DNA of 63,126 nt, the filler included, from Atractiella rhizophila (taxonomy: Eukaryota), in assembly GCA_021432655.1 (NCBI GenBank). It is 3 parts of 2 records of this genome, joined end to end, with 100 filler letters (N's around TTAATTAATTAA, not from the genome) between each part and the next. Parts side by side here need not be neighbours in the genome. Positions count along the whole stretch, not along the records: positions 1 to 20,299 come from MU271224.1; 2 more parts are not named here. One strand, written 5' to 3'. Position 1 is the stretch's first letter; every line of letters begins with the position of its first letter. Positions 1-11,903 of the stretch are shown piece by piece. The translations under genes and the position numbers were made by a program. Under the pieces are notes generated by a model that was not told the DNA's origin, ran no database searches, and saw only the letters and a program-made list of their open reading frames with translations.

Positions 1-1053
1 AAACGAGGGACAAAAGGAGTGAATCGGTCCAAGTCTTCTACCTTTTGTGAACGTACCTGCTGGTAATACCGTTTCCTCCACGCACCAGGAGTGAAAAGAG
101 GAAGAAAGTTAAAAGAAAATAGTGAACTTCTTGCCTTCGATTTCCTTCCGCTCCTATCTGTAGCGTTAAATACGCCGCCTTTGACAGTTCTGTGAGAAGT
201 TTCAGGGAGAATTAGTAGGGCCGAAGTAGCTGCTATAGAGCTTGCAGGGGGGTAGCAAACCTGACCCACACATGACCGTGGCGGACGAGGCCAGGATAGT
301 CTTACCTAGCACGCAAGAAAAAGAGGAAAAGCAAAGGCAGCTGTTTGTTAGAGTGCTATGTTATTGCCCGCTCGTCCGGACCAAAGATCAGGCGTGGCGG
401 GACGGTTTGAGCCGTCAAAAAGTAAGGGAGGTGGAGGAGGCAGCGCAGAGGCGAGCGATAAGGAAGTCGCCCTTGAGAGACGCTAGAGGGAAAGGGAGGG
501 AGAAGGTGGTAACAGAAAAGGAGAGAAGGTACTACGAGCGTTACTTTATATGGCGGCTGCTAACGATGCTGTTAGGACGAAAGTGGTGCCGCCGAGCGCT
601 GGACAAGTGGGAGACCCTTCACTTGCTCTACCTTGAGTGTGAGAAGGCAAACGAGTTAACCGTCTAGGCTAATGGCATGCTCCTAGACCTTCGGTAGCAC
701 TTCCTTTACCTCCTTCTCAAGCTCCTGAGAAACCTCTAGCTTTCTGATTCCTTTTTTCTCAACCTCTCCCACTCCCTCTACCTCTCTCTCTTTCGTCGCC
801 TTCTCCTTGCAGCTGTAGAACGAAGGGGAGGAAGCTTTGGCTTCCGACTTCTCCTTTCTCGCTCTTTCGCTGCTGCTCTTGTGTAACTCTTGAACTTCTT
901 TCAGCCTCGCACCAGACTTGGACTTCGCAACTACGTCCTACAGTCGTTCTTCCAAGCTTACCACCAGTTCTCCTGTTACAGGCGTCTCTCCTCGTGGTAC
1001 AAAAGTACCGGAGTCTCCTCACTCCGAAGAGTGTGGGTGTGGGTGGTTGACTA
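1..1053. repeat. Degenerate repeat/TE-like remnant with strong ApT depletion (family not identified)
   Basis: No recognisable protein. By hand count, 20 ApT in 1-1050 versus 20 ApT in only 300 nt of the neighbouring gene (2641-2940). TpA 11 / ApT 3 in 601-900. Repeat status is inferred from composition only. Confidence 0.45.
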
Positions 1054-2534
1054 TACGTAATGTTAGTAAGGCCAACCTCCAAGCAAAGTGTATATATGAA
1101 TGCTCTATCCAAAGTAGTACTACGCAGACTGTAAGTTTTATCGTACCAAACGAGCTATATATGAACGGCAGGTGTCAAGACAATCACGGGGTCGGGTCGA
1201 AGTAGCATAAGAAAGAAGACGCAAGACTTAAAGCAAACACTTATAGAGGGTTTTAGAAACACAAATCTTATACGACCATAAATAAGGACGGTAACATGAA
1301 GATCTTTTCGTTAACTTTTTGTTATGAAAAAGAGAAGGAAAAAGTTTTAGGATAGATGCACTTTCTTGGCGAACCTCAGTGGCAAAAATAGGAGGTGAAA
1401 GGAGGGATTTAGAATGGGATGTCGGTTTTAAGGGGTCCAAATGGGATACGCTTGGATGGGCGATCGATGACAAAATATTGTTCTCAAGCTCCGAAGGAAC
1501 GATTACCTGTCCAGAAAACCGAGCTCGTTACATCACTCGAGGAGCAAGCGTTGTTGGTCCTTCGATCCCAGGACAGACCTTTTAGGCTTTCTGCAGCTGC
1601 AGAACATTAACTCTACCCGCCCTTCTTCAATCTTCTAGCCTGTTTTGTCTTATCGATGGAGATGAAATTGGGTGAAAGCTCGATGGAGAAATAAAGCATA
1701 AACTTGACGTCTGGAGGAAAATCCCAAGCTGTGTCTTTGGGATTGAAGATTTGAGAAGGTTGACAAAAATTACGTCGAGGAGAATCTATGATGTAATGAC
1801 TTACCCCACTCCTGGAACCTGTGGGAAAGTGTTTTGCGTCGAGATCTCCAAGGAACTGAGGATGAGAGCAGCAAGGGTATCTCCTACCAACAGGCACTAC
1901 TGGCATTATATGTCGTACGATGGCTCCAAGCTAGGCAAAGGTCACAATGACCCAAAGCTCGCGGGGCCAAAACTGGGTGACTTCAGCGTCTGGCATCAAT
2001 TTGATGGACATCAATCGATTTCAAAACGTCCTCTGAAGAGTGCAACACAATTCCACTGCCATAAAATGGGACAGAGAAGGGATGAACACACTGCGATCGA
2101 CTAGTAGCGTATGCCGACTCAACAGCCAGGAAACACCGAATCTTAGATGGAAAGACGCGTTGAATCGGCCTCCCTGAGGCGCGTCATTCAGTCATAATGC
2201 CTCCTTTGCTCCGTTGGGCACCCTAAACTGAAGGCGCAATAATTCAACAAATTTTTGGTGAAGTCAAATTGGCCCCCAAAAACGTGTCCCCACGCAGCAA
2301 ACCAGCGCTCAGCGTTGAACAGCGGGAAATTGGAGACGAGAACTCGCATAGGGTACCTTGACACAGATACCACTGGTTCTAAGAGAGCTATGGGAAAGAA
2401 ATGGGCAGGGGTGGCAAATTTAGAACGAAAGCAAACTTTGTTTTCAAATGAGCAATGTCTTTCCGCAGCATTCTACGAACCTTGTCCATGCAAGATCTGA
2501 GCGCAATTTACCTTAGTGCTCTGCAGAGTCTGGC

Positions 2535-2542
2535 TATAAAAG
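2535..2542 (+). promoter_or_regulatory. TATA box upstream of the F-box-like gene
   Basis: TATAAAAG about 85 nt upstream of the ATG at 2622. Confidence 0.5.
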
Positions 2543-2621
2543 CGAAGGTACTCTCATGTTGGGACACTGAAACTGCCTGGTAGTCGTCTACAGCGCGTAG
2601 TTACAGGTTTTACTGCTGACC

Positions 2622-4232
2622 ATGAAGAACAGAACCACCAAAATGAACCAGGACGAGTTGCCAATTCCAAACGAACTCTTATCTGAGATTCTAGAACTTG
2701 TATGGCACTCTTACCGCGATGGAGATTCAGAGAATCTCGCATACAAGCAGCCCAACAATGGCCAAAAGATCTGGCGCGAGTTCGGCTCTCTCTCCCTCGT
2801 CCGTAGGCTCTGGTTCCCCATCATCCAGTCCCTCTTACTGTCGGACATTTCTTTCGTCTGCCACGGACCTGATAATGACGACTTGCAACGCATCGCGGAT
2901 AGGCTTGCTCTCTGCTCCCAGTTTCTGCATCAGAATCCCGAACGACGATCTTGGATAAGAAGGATCACTTGTATTGACGTCCCACTCCATTTTCCCATAC
3001 TGCAACGTCCTCCAACACCTTTGGACGCCTTGATAGGGTTGTGCACGATGCTTCGAGAGCTGTTCATTGATGGAAAGACTCTCAAGCCCGTACTTCCCCT
3101 CCTTCCTAATCTTCAACGGTTGCAGATCCACGGACCGTGCGGTCAATCAATCTTACAAGTGGTACCTCGGTTACTCGAGTTCGGAGAGCTTAGACACCTT
3201 GATGTCGAAGATATCACCTTTCCCAGCTCTACCCTCAACTTCGGCGACTTCCCGCAATTCAGCGTGTTCAAGTTTTTTTCATTGCGTTCATATGTGCCGT
3301 CTACGGAAGGACAACCCGATATTGCGCATCAGCAGAAAGAGCCGCTTCACAATTTCCTCTTTCCGAGCTTGAAGTGCCTCACAACCTTTGACTGGGACGA
3401 GCAAATGTTCGCGTACATTCCTGATGCCATCACTTTCCTCCAAACCTTTTCTAATTCTATCACCCACATGACAGTCCATGGAGTTCAAAAGCTGTCCAAA
3501 GTCCCTTTCTTGCCCAATCTCCGAAGCTTAGGGCTCATTGGATGCCAAAATGCGAAGCTTCAAGAGGTCGTTCCCCTCCTTCACTCCTCAACTCAACTAG
3601 AACATCTGCACCTTTCTTCACTACAGATCTCGGCAGATGAACCCGAACATAACAGCTCTTTCTCCCTCCACTCCCTTTCTCTCATTAACTTTGACCCAAC
3701 GCTCAACTCCAGTTCAAAAGTCGATGCCTATTTCAAAGGCTGCCTGTCCGAACGGCTCGACTTCATCTCCCTCCGTTCTCCCGGATTGGCATTCGACTTC
3801 ATACCCAAGAGTCACGTCCGCGCCATGATCCTGGACGGAAACGTTCCACTGGACGAACAGAAGAGCCTCATCCGCGCCAGTCCTAAGCTTCAGCGCCTGC
3901 AGCTCGTTCCGCAGGCGACGGTTGATCCGTCTCTGCTGCAGTTGTACAGCGAAACGGACATCGCACACCTAGCGCTCGCATGGCATGGTCTAGCCGAGAG
4001 CTCCCACGCCTATTTCGCGGTCCAGAAGCTTGCGACACTGTTGCATGACGGCGGGTTCAAGGCACTGCGCTTGCTGGAGATCTTTCGTCCTTCTTTCTCC
4101 ACTTTTGAGGTCCAATCTGCAGCATCTAGGGCTCGATTCTTGAATGCTGGAGTGAAGGTTCGGATCTTGGACGTGGGTGAGAGGAACGAGACGTGGACAC
4201 CCTCCGTTTTGAACTCGCCAATCTCTTTCTGA
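2622..4232 (+). CDS. Intronless F-box-like / leucine-rich-repeat protein, 536 aa (alternative start 2643)
   Basis: N-terminal LPIPNELLSEILELV resembles an F-box. It is followed by LxxLxL repeats (LPNLQRLQI, LRHLDV, LPNLRSLGL, LEHLHL, PKLQRLQL). Upstream TATA box. Confidence 0.75.
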   Translation: MKNRTTKMNQDELPIPNELLSEILELVWHSYRDGDSENLAYKQPNNGQKIWREFGSLSLVRRLWFPIIQSLLLSDISFVCHGPDNDDLQRIADRLALCSQFLHQNPERRSWIRRITCIDVPLHFPILQRPPTPLDALIGLCTMLRELFIDGKTLKPVLPLLPNLQRLQIHGPCGQSILQVVPRLLEFGELRHLDVEDITFPSSTLNFGDFPQFSVFKFFSLRSYVPSTEGQPDIAHQQKEPLHNFLFPSLKCLTTFDWDEQMFAYIPDAITFLQTFSNSITHMTVHGVQKLSKVPFLPNLRSLGLIGCQNAKLQEVVPLLHSSTQLEHLHLSSLQISADEPEHNSSFSLHSLSLINFDPTLNSSSKVDAYFKGCLSERLDFISLRSPGLAFDFIPKSHVRAMILDGNVPLDEQKSLIRASPKLQRLQLVPQATVDPSLLQLYSETDIAHLALAWHGLAESSHAYFAVQKLATLLHDGGFKALRLLEIFRPSFSTFEVQSAASRARFLNAGVKVRILDVGERNETWTPSVLNSPISF

Positions 4233-4538
4233 AGATTAGGTGCAAGTTGAAAGATAGAGTGCTGCACCATCTCTCCACTTTGTTTGTCTCGTTCATTTGT
4301 GTGTGATGGACGTGGGAAGCTGAGCATTGATACAGAATCCGTGCCATGCAAGATATCGTTTCCTCATCCCATCGGAGCTCGTGGCGCCCAAAGGCGTGGG
4401 AACAAAGGGAACCAAGGTTTGGTCTTTGCCGCATCTTTCAACTTTGGCATTCTTGTGTTTCAAACGCCGCTATTTAAGACGCGTCCATGCATCCAAGAAA
4501 ACAACTTCTCCATCCACTCCTCTAACAAGTCAAACAAC

Positions 4539-5633
4539 ATGACCAGCTTCCTCGATTTCGACGATGAAGTTTACACCGACTGTTCCTCCCAGTATTCGAT
4601 CGACCTCACGTCCACTTTGATGACGACCACAGCGGTGATATGTCATCGTTCCCAGCCCCTTCGATTCAATTCTCTTTCCAAGATTTCTCGCTTGAGTCCT
4701 TCGCTCTCCCTCGCGCTTCCATCCACACGGAGCGCTCTCCAGCTCGTTTAGGGTATCACGAGGATACTTACCCCTCTTACGCTCTCGAGGAGGACCATGC
4801 CGCAAAGTTGAAGGGGAGATTGCGACACAAGTTCTCCTCCGCCTTCTCTAAAATCTTTCAAAAAAGCAACAAGCTGTCGCCGTTCAGAAAACAGGTCCCG
4901 CCTGAAGAATCTCATATCGTTTCCACACTCCCTCGTCGTTCCATCTCGCAACCCAATCTTCGCCTTGAGCTGTCCGGGCACAGACAGTCTCAGGATGTTT
5001 ACAGTCCCACATCTACGTATTGCGACGATCACACAACTCAGTCTTCGTACGCATTCCATTTCCACGCCTACATGATCACGTTTTGATTGCTGTCTCGATA
5101 GACTTGTAAAATCTCACAAGCAAAAACATCTCAGTTCCTTCTCGTCAACTCCCGATTCGAAACGCAGTATCCCATCTTCGTCTTCATCGAGGACTCAACC
5201 GTCTCCACTTGTCTCACAACCGGAACGATCACCCTCATTCGCCTGTACCCCACTGAACCGCAAGACATACTACAATCCACTGCCCGTGTGGAGAGCCGAT
5301 CCAGAATGGGATCCTCCATACCTCACGCCAGAGGAGGAGTGGCAGATGGCGACTTTTTGTTTCCCCAAAAAGGCACTGTTCCCTATAATATCTCTTGGTA
5401 AACAAATGAAATTCTTGGGTTTTGGTTTCGTATGGCTTTCTCTCGCTTTGATATACACATACACACACATAGCTATTAGCTATATCGGTATCGCTTGTTT
5501 TGTGCTCTCTCTTGATTCGAATATTCAATGTCTACTTTCCGTCTGTTCTTGGCCTAACACATGTATCTCTACCCCTAACCTGATTGGTATGCCATGTCCT
5601 GATCCTCAAATCCATTACCACTCGAGGAGATAA
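4539..5633 (+). CDS. Hypothetical Ser/Pro-rich protein; 3' end uncertain
   Basis: ATG 4539 follows TATTTAAG near 4470. A frame switch near 4612 is resolved by a 41-nt GT-AG intron (4592-4632) or by an indel. Intron 5047-5101 keeps the frame. No known domain. Confidence 0.35.
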
Positions 5634-5790
5634 ATGTGAGGGATTATCCACCCAAGAAACACTTTGACGCCATGTGAAAGCAGCAGAATTCATGAAGCTC
5701 TTTGATGTTAGAAATGCGCCACGTCATCGTCTCCCGTTCAACAACAGTTCCAGTCTTCCACTTGAACAAACGATTGGACGAATCATTCAA

Positions 5791-7142
5791 CATGTGGGCG
5801 CCACCACCAGCCTCCTACCCGCACATTCTGCTCGTGCTCCTCGCCGCACAATACAGCTTCGAAGCCATCCTCTCCCTCCTCCAGCTCACGCACCTCCACC
5901 ACTCGCCCTCGTCCCCGCCCTTCAAGCTACGCAGGTTCCTCAATCTCTTGGACGAGGTGAGGGTGGCCGATGCTGCGCCTCAATCCAAAGATGTAGCAGC
6001 GAAAGGAGGAGATAAGGATGGAGCTAAGGAAGGGAAGGAGGAGGAGGTGTTGGATGCACGACAGACGTTCGAAAAGAGCCAAAACTACGCGAGGGACAAG
6101 ATCTACTTCTCCCTCTTCTCCTCCACCCTCTCCCTCCTCCTCAACGTTCTCCTCCTCTTCCCAGTCAAACAGTTCAACCATCTCCCGCTGTTCACGCACC
6201 TCTATCTCAACCCATACCTCACCATACCTCCGTCCCTCCTCAAACCCTTCCAGTGGATCCGTCTCCTCCCTCCCTCTTCCAATCCCGTCCACTTCGAAAT
6301 AGTCAAAACGCTCTCATTCCTCCTATGCCTCCTCCCACTCACGACCGTCATCTCCCTACCGCTCAGTTATCTGAAGACCTTCCATCTGGAGGAGAAACAC
6401 GGATTCAACAAGTCGACGAGGAAGCTATGGATCGTGGATGAGGTAAAGAGCTTTGGGCTTACACTTGCGTTCGGTGCCCCGCTGGTTATTGCGGGTGTCA
6501 GGGTCATGAGATGGGCCTGGGGAGAAGGAGGGAGGGAGGCGTGGTGGGTTGGGGGAACGGAGGGAGGGATGTATGTCCTTTATTTTTTGTTCCGTTTCGT
6601 GGTCTATCTGAGGTGCGCTCTGTCGAACATTTTGGTTGAGACGAGTGATGCCGTTGAGCTTTCATTCTAGTCGTTCTAGTTTGAGCATGGAAAGAAAGCC
6701 TCTCTTTCTGTCCTTCTGTTAGGCTTTTTGAAGCCCTATCAAAATCTTACTAGGTGTCATCCGTCGACGCGCTCTACGAGCACAATGACGCGTCTTACGA
6801 GTACACGGACACGTATAACGAGCGTATTGCAGAGGAGCTTGCCCGTGGTGCTGGTGGAGGGCGTTTGACTCACGAAGCATGCTGACCATCTCGCAATTAG
6901 AATCGCCATCCAACTTCTCTTCCTCATCTTGTACCCAGTCGTCAGTGAGTCTCTCTCACACTGATGTACCGGGAAGATGATGCTAATGGACCGACTGAAC
7001 AAGTCGCGCCGATGTTCAACAAGTTCACTCCACTCCCCGCTGACTCGCCATTGACGACCCAGCTGAGCGCTTTGGCGAAGAGAGTCGATTTCCCGCTCGG
7101 AAAGATCTGGGTCTGCGATTCGAGCAAGCGCAGTTCTCACTC
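5791..7142 (+). CDS. STE24: CAAX prenyl protease 1 (peptidase M48), N-terminal part only; catalytic HExxH half not found
   Basis: Motifs FEKSQNYARDK, SLPLSYLKTFHLEEKHGFNKST, APMFNKFTPL and FPLGKIWVCDSSKRSSHS. Introns 6571-6900 and 6945-7003. The sequence after the donor at 7143 is unrelated. Confidence 0.85.
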
Positions 7143-7506
7143 GTACGCTTCTCTCCCGCTTCACCGACTACCTCTCCCTTCGGCTTCCTCCTCTTCTACC
7201 GCCCCCTAACCTGCCTCCACCACTTCTCCTGCTCCTCCTTCTCGTGCATACACAGCCATCTCTCCTCCTCCCTCTACAACACAGGAAAGAACTTCACCGG
7301 ATCAAGCACAGGATACGTAGTGTAGGTAATCCAAGGACGCACAAGTACAAAACAATACATTTCGTGCGTGGCTCTTGCCGCTCGTGAAGAAGGCAGCTCA
7401 AGAAGAGTTAGTCGCATAGCTTCTCGTGCTACACAAATCATTCCTTTCCCTGCGGCATTTTCTTTCGCAAGGACGTGGTAATGAGTCGGTGGCATAGAAC
7501 AGGTTT

Positions 7507-7872
7507 NNNNNNNNNNNNNNNNNNNNNNNNNNNNNNNNNNNNNNNNNNNNNNNNNNNNNNNNNNNNNNNNNNNNNNNNNNNNNNNNNNNNNNNNNNNNNN
7601 NNNNNNNNNNNNNNNNNNNNNNNNNNNNNNNNNNNNNNNNNNNNNNNNNNNNNNNNNNNNNNNNNNNNNNNNNNNNNNNNNNNNNNNNNNNNNNNNNNNN
7701 NNNNNNNNNNNNNNNNNNNNNNNNNNNNNNNNNNNNNNNNNNNNNNNNNNNNNNNNNNNNNNNNNNNNNNNNNNNNNNNNNNNNNNNNNNNNNNNNNNNN
7801 NNNNNNNNNNNNNNNNNNNNNNNNNNNNNNNNNNNNNNNNNNNNNNNNNNNNNNNNNNNNNNNNNNNNNNNN
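7507..7872. other. Assembly gap (366 N)
   Basis: N run. Confidence 1.
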
Positions 7873-9154
7873 CGAAACGTTTAAAACTCACTTTGTCCGC
7901 TCCTGTCTGGCTACACAGAACAGATTCCTCGCAGGATTGTGTAAGCACCGTCCATCATAAAGTGGACAAAGTATTGGTTGAAGTATGATGACCGGAATTG
8001 GCCTAGTAAAGCCCCACATGAACGGATAAACAAACTCGGCACTTTTCCTCTACCTATGTCTCGCACTTTTGGTGACTCAGACTCTTTCTCTATCCACTTT
8101 GACTAATACTAAGACGATAAGGCTTTAGCGGGCGAACTTGCTAGCCTGTCGTTAGGAGTATTGTCCAGTAACTGTGACTCGGCTGGACTCTTCTGACTCT
8201 ACCTCACCCTTTTATCCTCTCACAACAGTAAAAGAGTTTATCATATCGAGCCTGTCAGGACTTCTCTATATATGTCCTAGTACGATTACTGTGGCTACAA
8301 TGGAAGGAAAACCAAGTGCGCAGGAGTGTCCCGTCCGCCCAATCTTTCAGCAGCGCCTCGAGCAACCTTGAGCATGGGGTAACCTGCTACTACTGAGACC
8401 TAAACGCCATTTCATACGGTTAGCGAATATAGATAATGCTGCTAAATTGTTCGACTTTCTCAAACCACACCTCTTCCATGAAACTTTGGGATCATGATGT
8501 AAGCAATTTCTCTAGAGCTGAAAGTTGAAACCTTTGATCCGAGCATAAGGTGCCCGAGGCACCAAGCTCACCAATCAATTCGAGCGTGTTCGCGTCAAAT
8601 CGCTTCTCCCTGACTTTTCTGCTCGGAGGGTAAGGCGTGCCACTGTTCCCCGGACAGTCGCGTCATACGGTGGACAATGAACTTGAAGATCTGGAAACTG
8701 CTTTAATGCCAGCATTAATGATTGTGTGGGTAGAAGTGCTCGCGATCGCGCCCTGCCCGGAAGTTTCAGTAATGGATTTCGTGAGGGGATTCTGAGCAAT
8801 ATGCGTCGTCCATTATGGGACCAAAATTGCAGAGGAGATATAGTGACTTAACTTGCCCTAACATCTGCCTTGCTCCTCCTTTATTGCTTTTGGCTCAACA
8901 AAAATAATGCGGATCTCAAAGCTAACAAACAAATCTAAGTTCCTTTGTCTGCTTGACATCGAATCTTGTAACCACGAGACGATAACCTAATCTGTTCATT
9001 CACGTTCATATGGCACTTTTTCAGTTTCATCTCTATGAAATCCGCATAAAAGGGAGTAGGGGCACGTCCAGCGTCCCCTGCAACCTCCACTCGCTTGCTT
9101 ATTCCCTTGATTTCACTCTCTTCCTCTGCTTAGCTTCTGGACGAAGAGCACCTC

Positions 9155-10426
9155 ATGAAGAACCCACGCGCACTCATTCTCAACCTCCAAAAGTCTAACA
9201 AAACCGATCCCCCTCTTCCATCACGCTTCTCAGACGACGACCCCTTCTCTCCCTTCTCTCCTGCGCATCGAGAAGAGCTTGAACGCGGCGTGGAAAACCG
9301 GGAATACGCTGGAAGGTTATACAGCGATCCGTTCTCGTTAGAAGGCCTCGACGACCATGATGAGGAGGTAGTGGACGTCAGCCTGAAGACAGGATTTGGG
9401 AGGCGGATGAGCAGCATTTGGAACATCGTTATGCGATCTCCAGTCGTGCCTTACAACCGCGAAAGTCGAAGCAGGAAGAGCTCAGTCGGTCCTACGGAGT
9501 CGCTTACCAGCAGCACGAAGAGCACTAAGTCGACGTTCCAGTTCCCTCGGCCGCCAACCAACACATCAACGCCTTCTTCAACGATCAACACAACAACAGC
9601 CACAAAGAAGGTCTTCTTTCCATCCCTCTTCTCTCCCACAGCCAAAGTCCCTCCAGCCGCTGAGCCTTCGATCCCTCCACCTGTGCCGCCAAAGGAAGAC
9701 TTGTACTGCTACGACTTCACCCCTCCATCCGTTGTTCAGCCGGCCACGCTTTCTTCTCCTCAGGGCCTCCCACCGCTCACAACGAAAGAACGCACCCAAC
9801 TGGAGAACTTTTCTTTCCCTCCGAAACCCATTTCTGTCCCGATGCAGAAACGACCTTCGACCCTTCCTCCTCCTGGCGCGCCGCCGAAATGTCCTCTTCC
9901 TCCTATACCGTCCCGTCAGCCGACGAAAGAGGATAAAAGATCTCTCGATGATCAGATTGGTAGAGGCATGCACGGCGAGGACAGAATGGAAAAGCAACTA
10001 CCACCTCTATTAGATGAAAAACCTGCTCTCGTTCCTCAACTAATTGTGGAAGACGGCAACCCCTCTATCATTCCGCAACTGTCGGACCAATCGAAATCGG
10101 ATGAAGAAGCCTGGTTCCCCCCGAGGATGAAGGGGAACATACATCGCTCTCCTCGTACAACTTTTCCATCCTATTCCTCGGAAGGTTGGAGTGACGGCGT
10201 CATCGGCTCCATGTCGTCCTCTTTAGAAGGGGAGGAAGAGTGGAGAGGGGAAGAAATGGCTAGAGCTGACGGGAGCTGGGATCGCCAGGCTGCTCATGTA
10301 GGCGGCTTGACGGAGTCGGAGAGGAAGCAGATGGGAAGGTTCAAGTTCCCGTGCGTCGTTCTTCCCTCCGGACTTCCATCTGGTACTGATAGTGCAACTC
10401 AAACAGCTGAATGCGGCATGTTCTAA
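9155..10426 (+). CDS. Intronless proline/serine-rich, probably disordered protein, 423 aa
   Basis: Long ORF with PxxP motifs (PPPVPPKE, PPKCPLPPIP). No folded domain recognised. Confidence 0.7.
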   Translation: MKNPRALILNLQKSNKTDPPLPSRFSDDDPFSPFSPAHREELERGVENREYAGRLYSDPFSLEGLDDHDEEVVDVSLKTGFGRRMSSIWNIVMRSPVVPYNRESRSRKSSVGPTESLTSSTKSTKSTFQFPRPPTNTSTPSSTINTTTATKKVFFPSLFSPTAKVPPAAEPSIPPPVPPKEDLYCYDFTPPSVVQPATLSSPQGLPPLTTKERTQLENFSFPPKPISVPMQKRPSTLPPPGAPPKCPLPPIPSRQPTKEDKRSLDDQIGRGMHGEDRMEKQLPPLLDEKPALVPQLIVEDGNPSIIPQLSDQSKSDEEAWFPPRMKGNIHRSPRTTFPSYSSEGWSDGVIGSMSSSLEGEEEWRGEEMARADGSWDRQAAHVGGLTESERKQMGRFKFPCVVLPSGLPSGTDSATQTAECGMF

Positions 10427-11175
10427 CAATCCTCCCTTCCATCTTCGAGCGTCTTTCTTCAAAGGCACAATTTACCCAACAATCGTAGCATCTGATCGTT
10501 GGTTCCCCTACCGATTGAATCAAACGGCACCCATCTCGTCGACTACCACCATCCCATCACCCAATCCCCTTATGTGTTTATATCAGTGCTGTTGTTGTGG
10601 ACAACCTACACCTGCTCTCCACCATCCGTATCCTCCGTATACGATACTCAAACTATCAGTCCCCAATCTAGCTTCGTTCTTCATCTGTCCATACTACACA
10701 GAGTTTTTAATCCGTCCCGATTCCCTTTCCCATCTTCTCACATTAGTTATCGGTCTCCATTGCTTCACTTATGACTTAACTTGTGCCAAATTGCCTCGTC
10801 TTATACCCCTTTCCTGCCTCATCTAAAAGCATTGATATTATCAGTCTCAATTGCTAGCATACGTATTATTCCCAACTTCTTGACTTTGACACTGTCGATA
10901 TCCCACAAACATATCGTCTCAAGGAGCCATGTGAAAAAGAGTATAGAGCCTTCAAATAGTATGCATGTGTTTATCCAGCCGAACCCAGCTTTGGCTGCAA
11001 GCTTCTTCACTGTTAATCGAACTGAAACAATGCATCACCAGTCCTCTTACTAGTAGCATATTTGACAGAGGGCTTGCGGGTACTTGGGAAGAGACTCAGA
11101 TCGATTGCTGTCAAAGAAAATTGGCTTTTACGCCCAACTGCACTACAACAACGAAGTAACTAAGACCCTTTCAGC

Positions 11176-11903
11176 CTACTCTTGAGGCACCAACTTGAGC
11201 GAACTAATTTCAGCGCATCCAGGGCAATCATCGGGGATGCTGTTCGGAAACCACACAGCGATGTGACCATCAATCGGGTGAACTCCAAACTTGATATTGT
11301 CGGTGCTTTTAAGCCAGGTGCCGTCGTCAGCTATGGTCCAATTTCCTCCATCGTGTCCTGCTTCGCTGTAGAGCGAGTCGTAATCTCCACCGACATAGAA
11401 GCCTTGTCCGCGGGAAGGGGTAGAAGCGACGAGAAGCGAGAACCTGTTAGGTTGTTCAGCTTTCAACGACACGCGACGGAAGGGAAGCTGCAATAAAGCA
11501 TACGAGTTGCCTCCTAAGCTGGTAGCTTCAATCTGAAGGTAATAGTCGGTCTTGTCTCCAGCTGAGCCGAGCAGAACAGGGGAGCCTTCACGAACTATTC
11601 AACTGATTTCAGCGTGCGAAATGTTAGACGGAATAAAAGTGTGTCACTTGATCCTTCTTTAAGCCAGCTTGAAGTGCCATCTTTCAGGTAAATTAATCAG
11701 TTTGAACGCGGTCAGCGAGGAAACATACCAGCAAGCTCGACTTCAACACAGCTGATGGACCCATCAGTGATTACGCCTACCTGCGCTCAGCGCTAGCTCT
11801 CCTGACGTCGAAGAGAATACGTACCACGCCTCTGATGTCTGAGGGGTCCATTGGCGGAGACAAACGCTCCAAGGAAAAGAGTGGCAGCGACAAAAGGTTT
11901 CAT
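11176..11903 (-). CDS. Small secreted protein of unknown function (4 exons)
   Basis: Signal peptide MKPFVAATLFLGAFVSA. TATAAAA on the minus strand near 11982-11988. GT-AG introns link to the last exon ...GNWTIADDGTWLK...DDCPGCAEISSLKLVPQE*. Confidence 0.7.
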
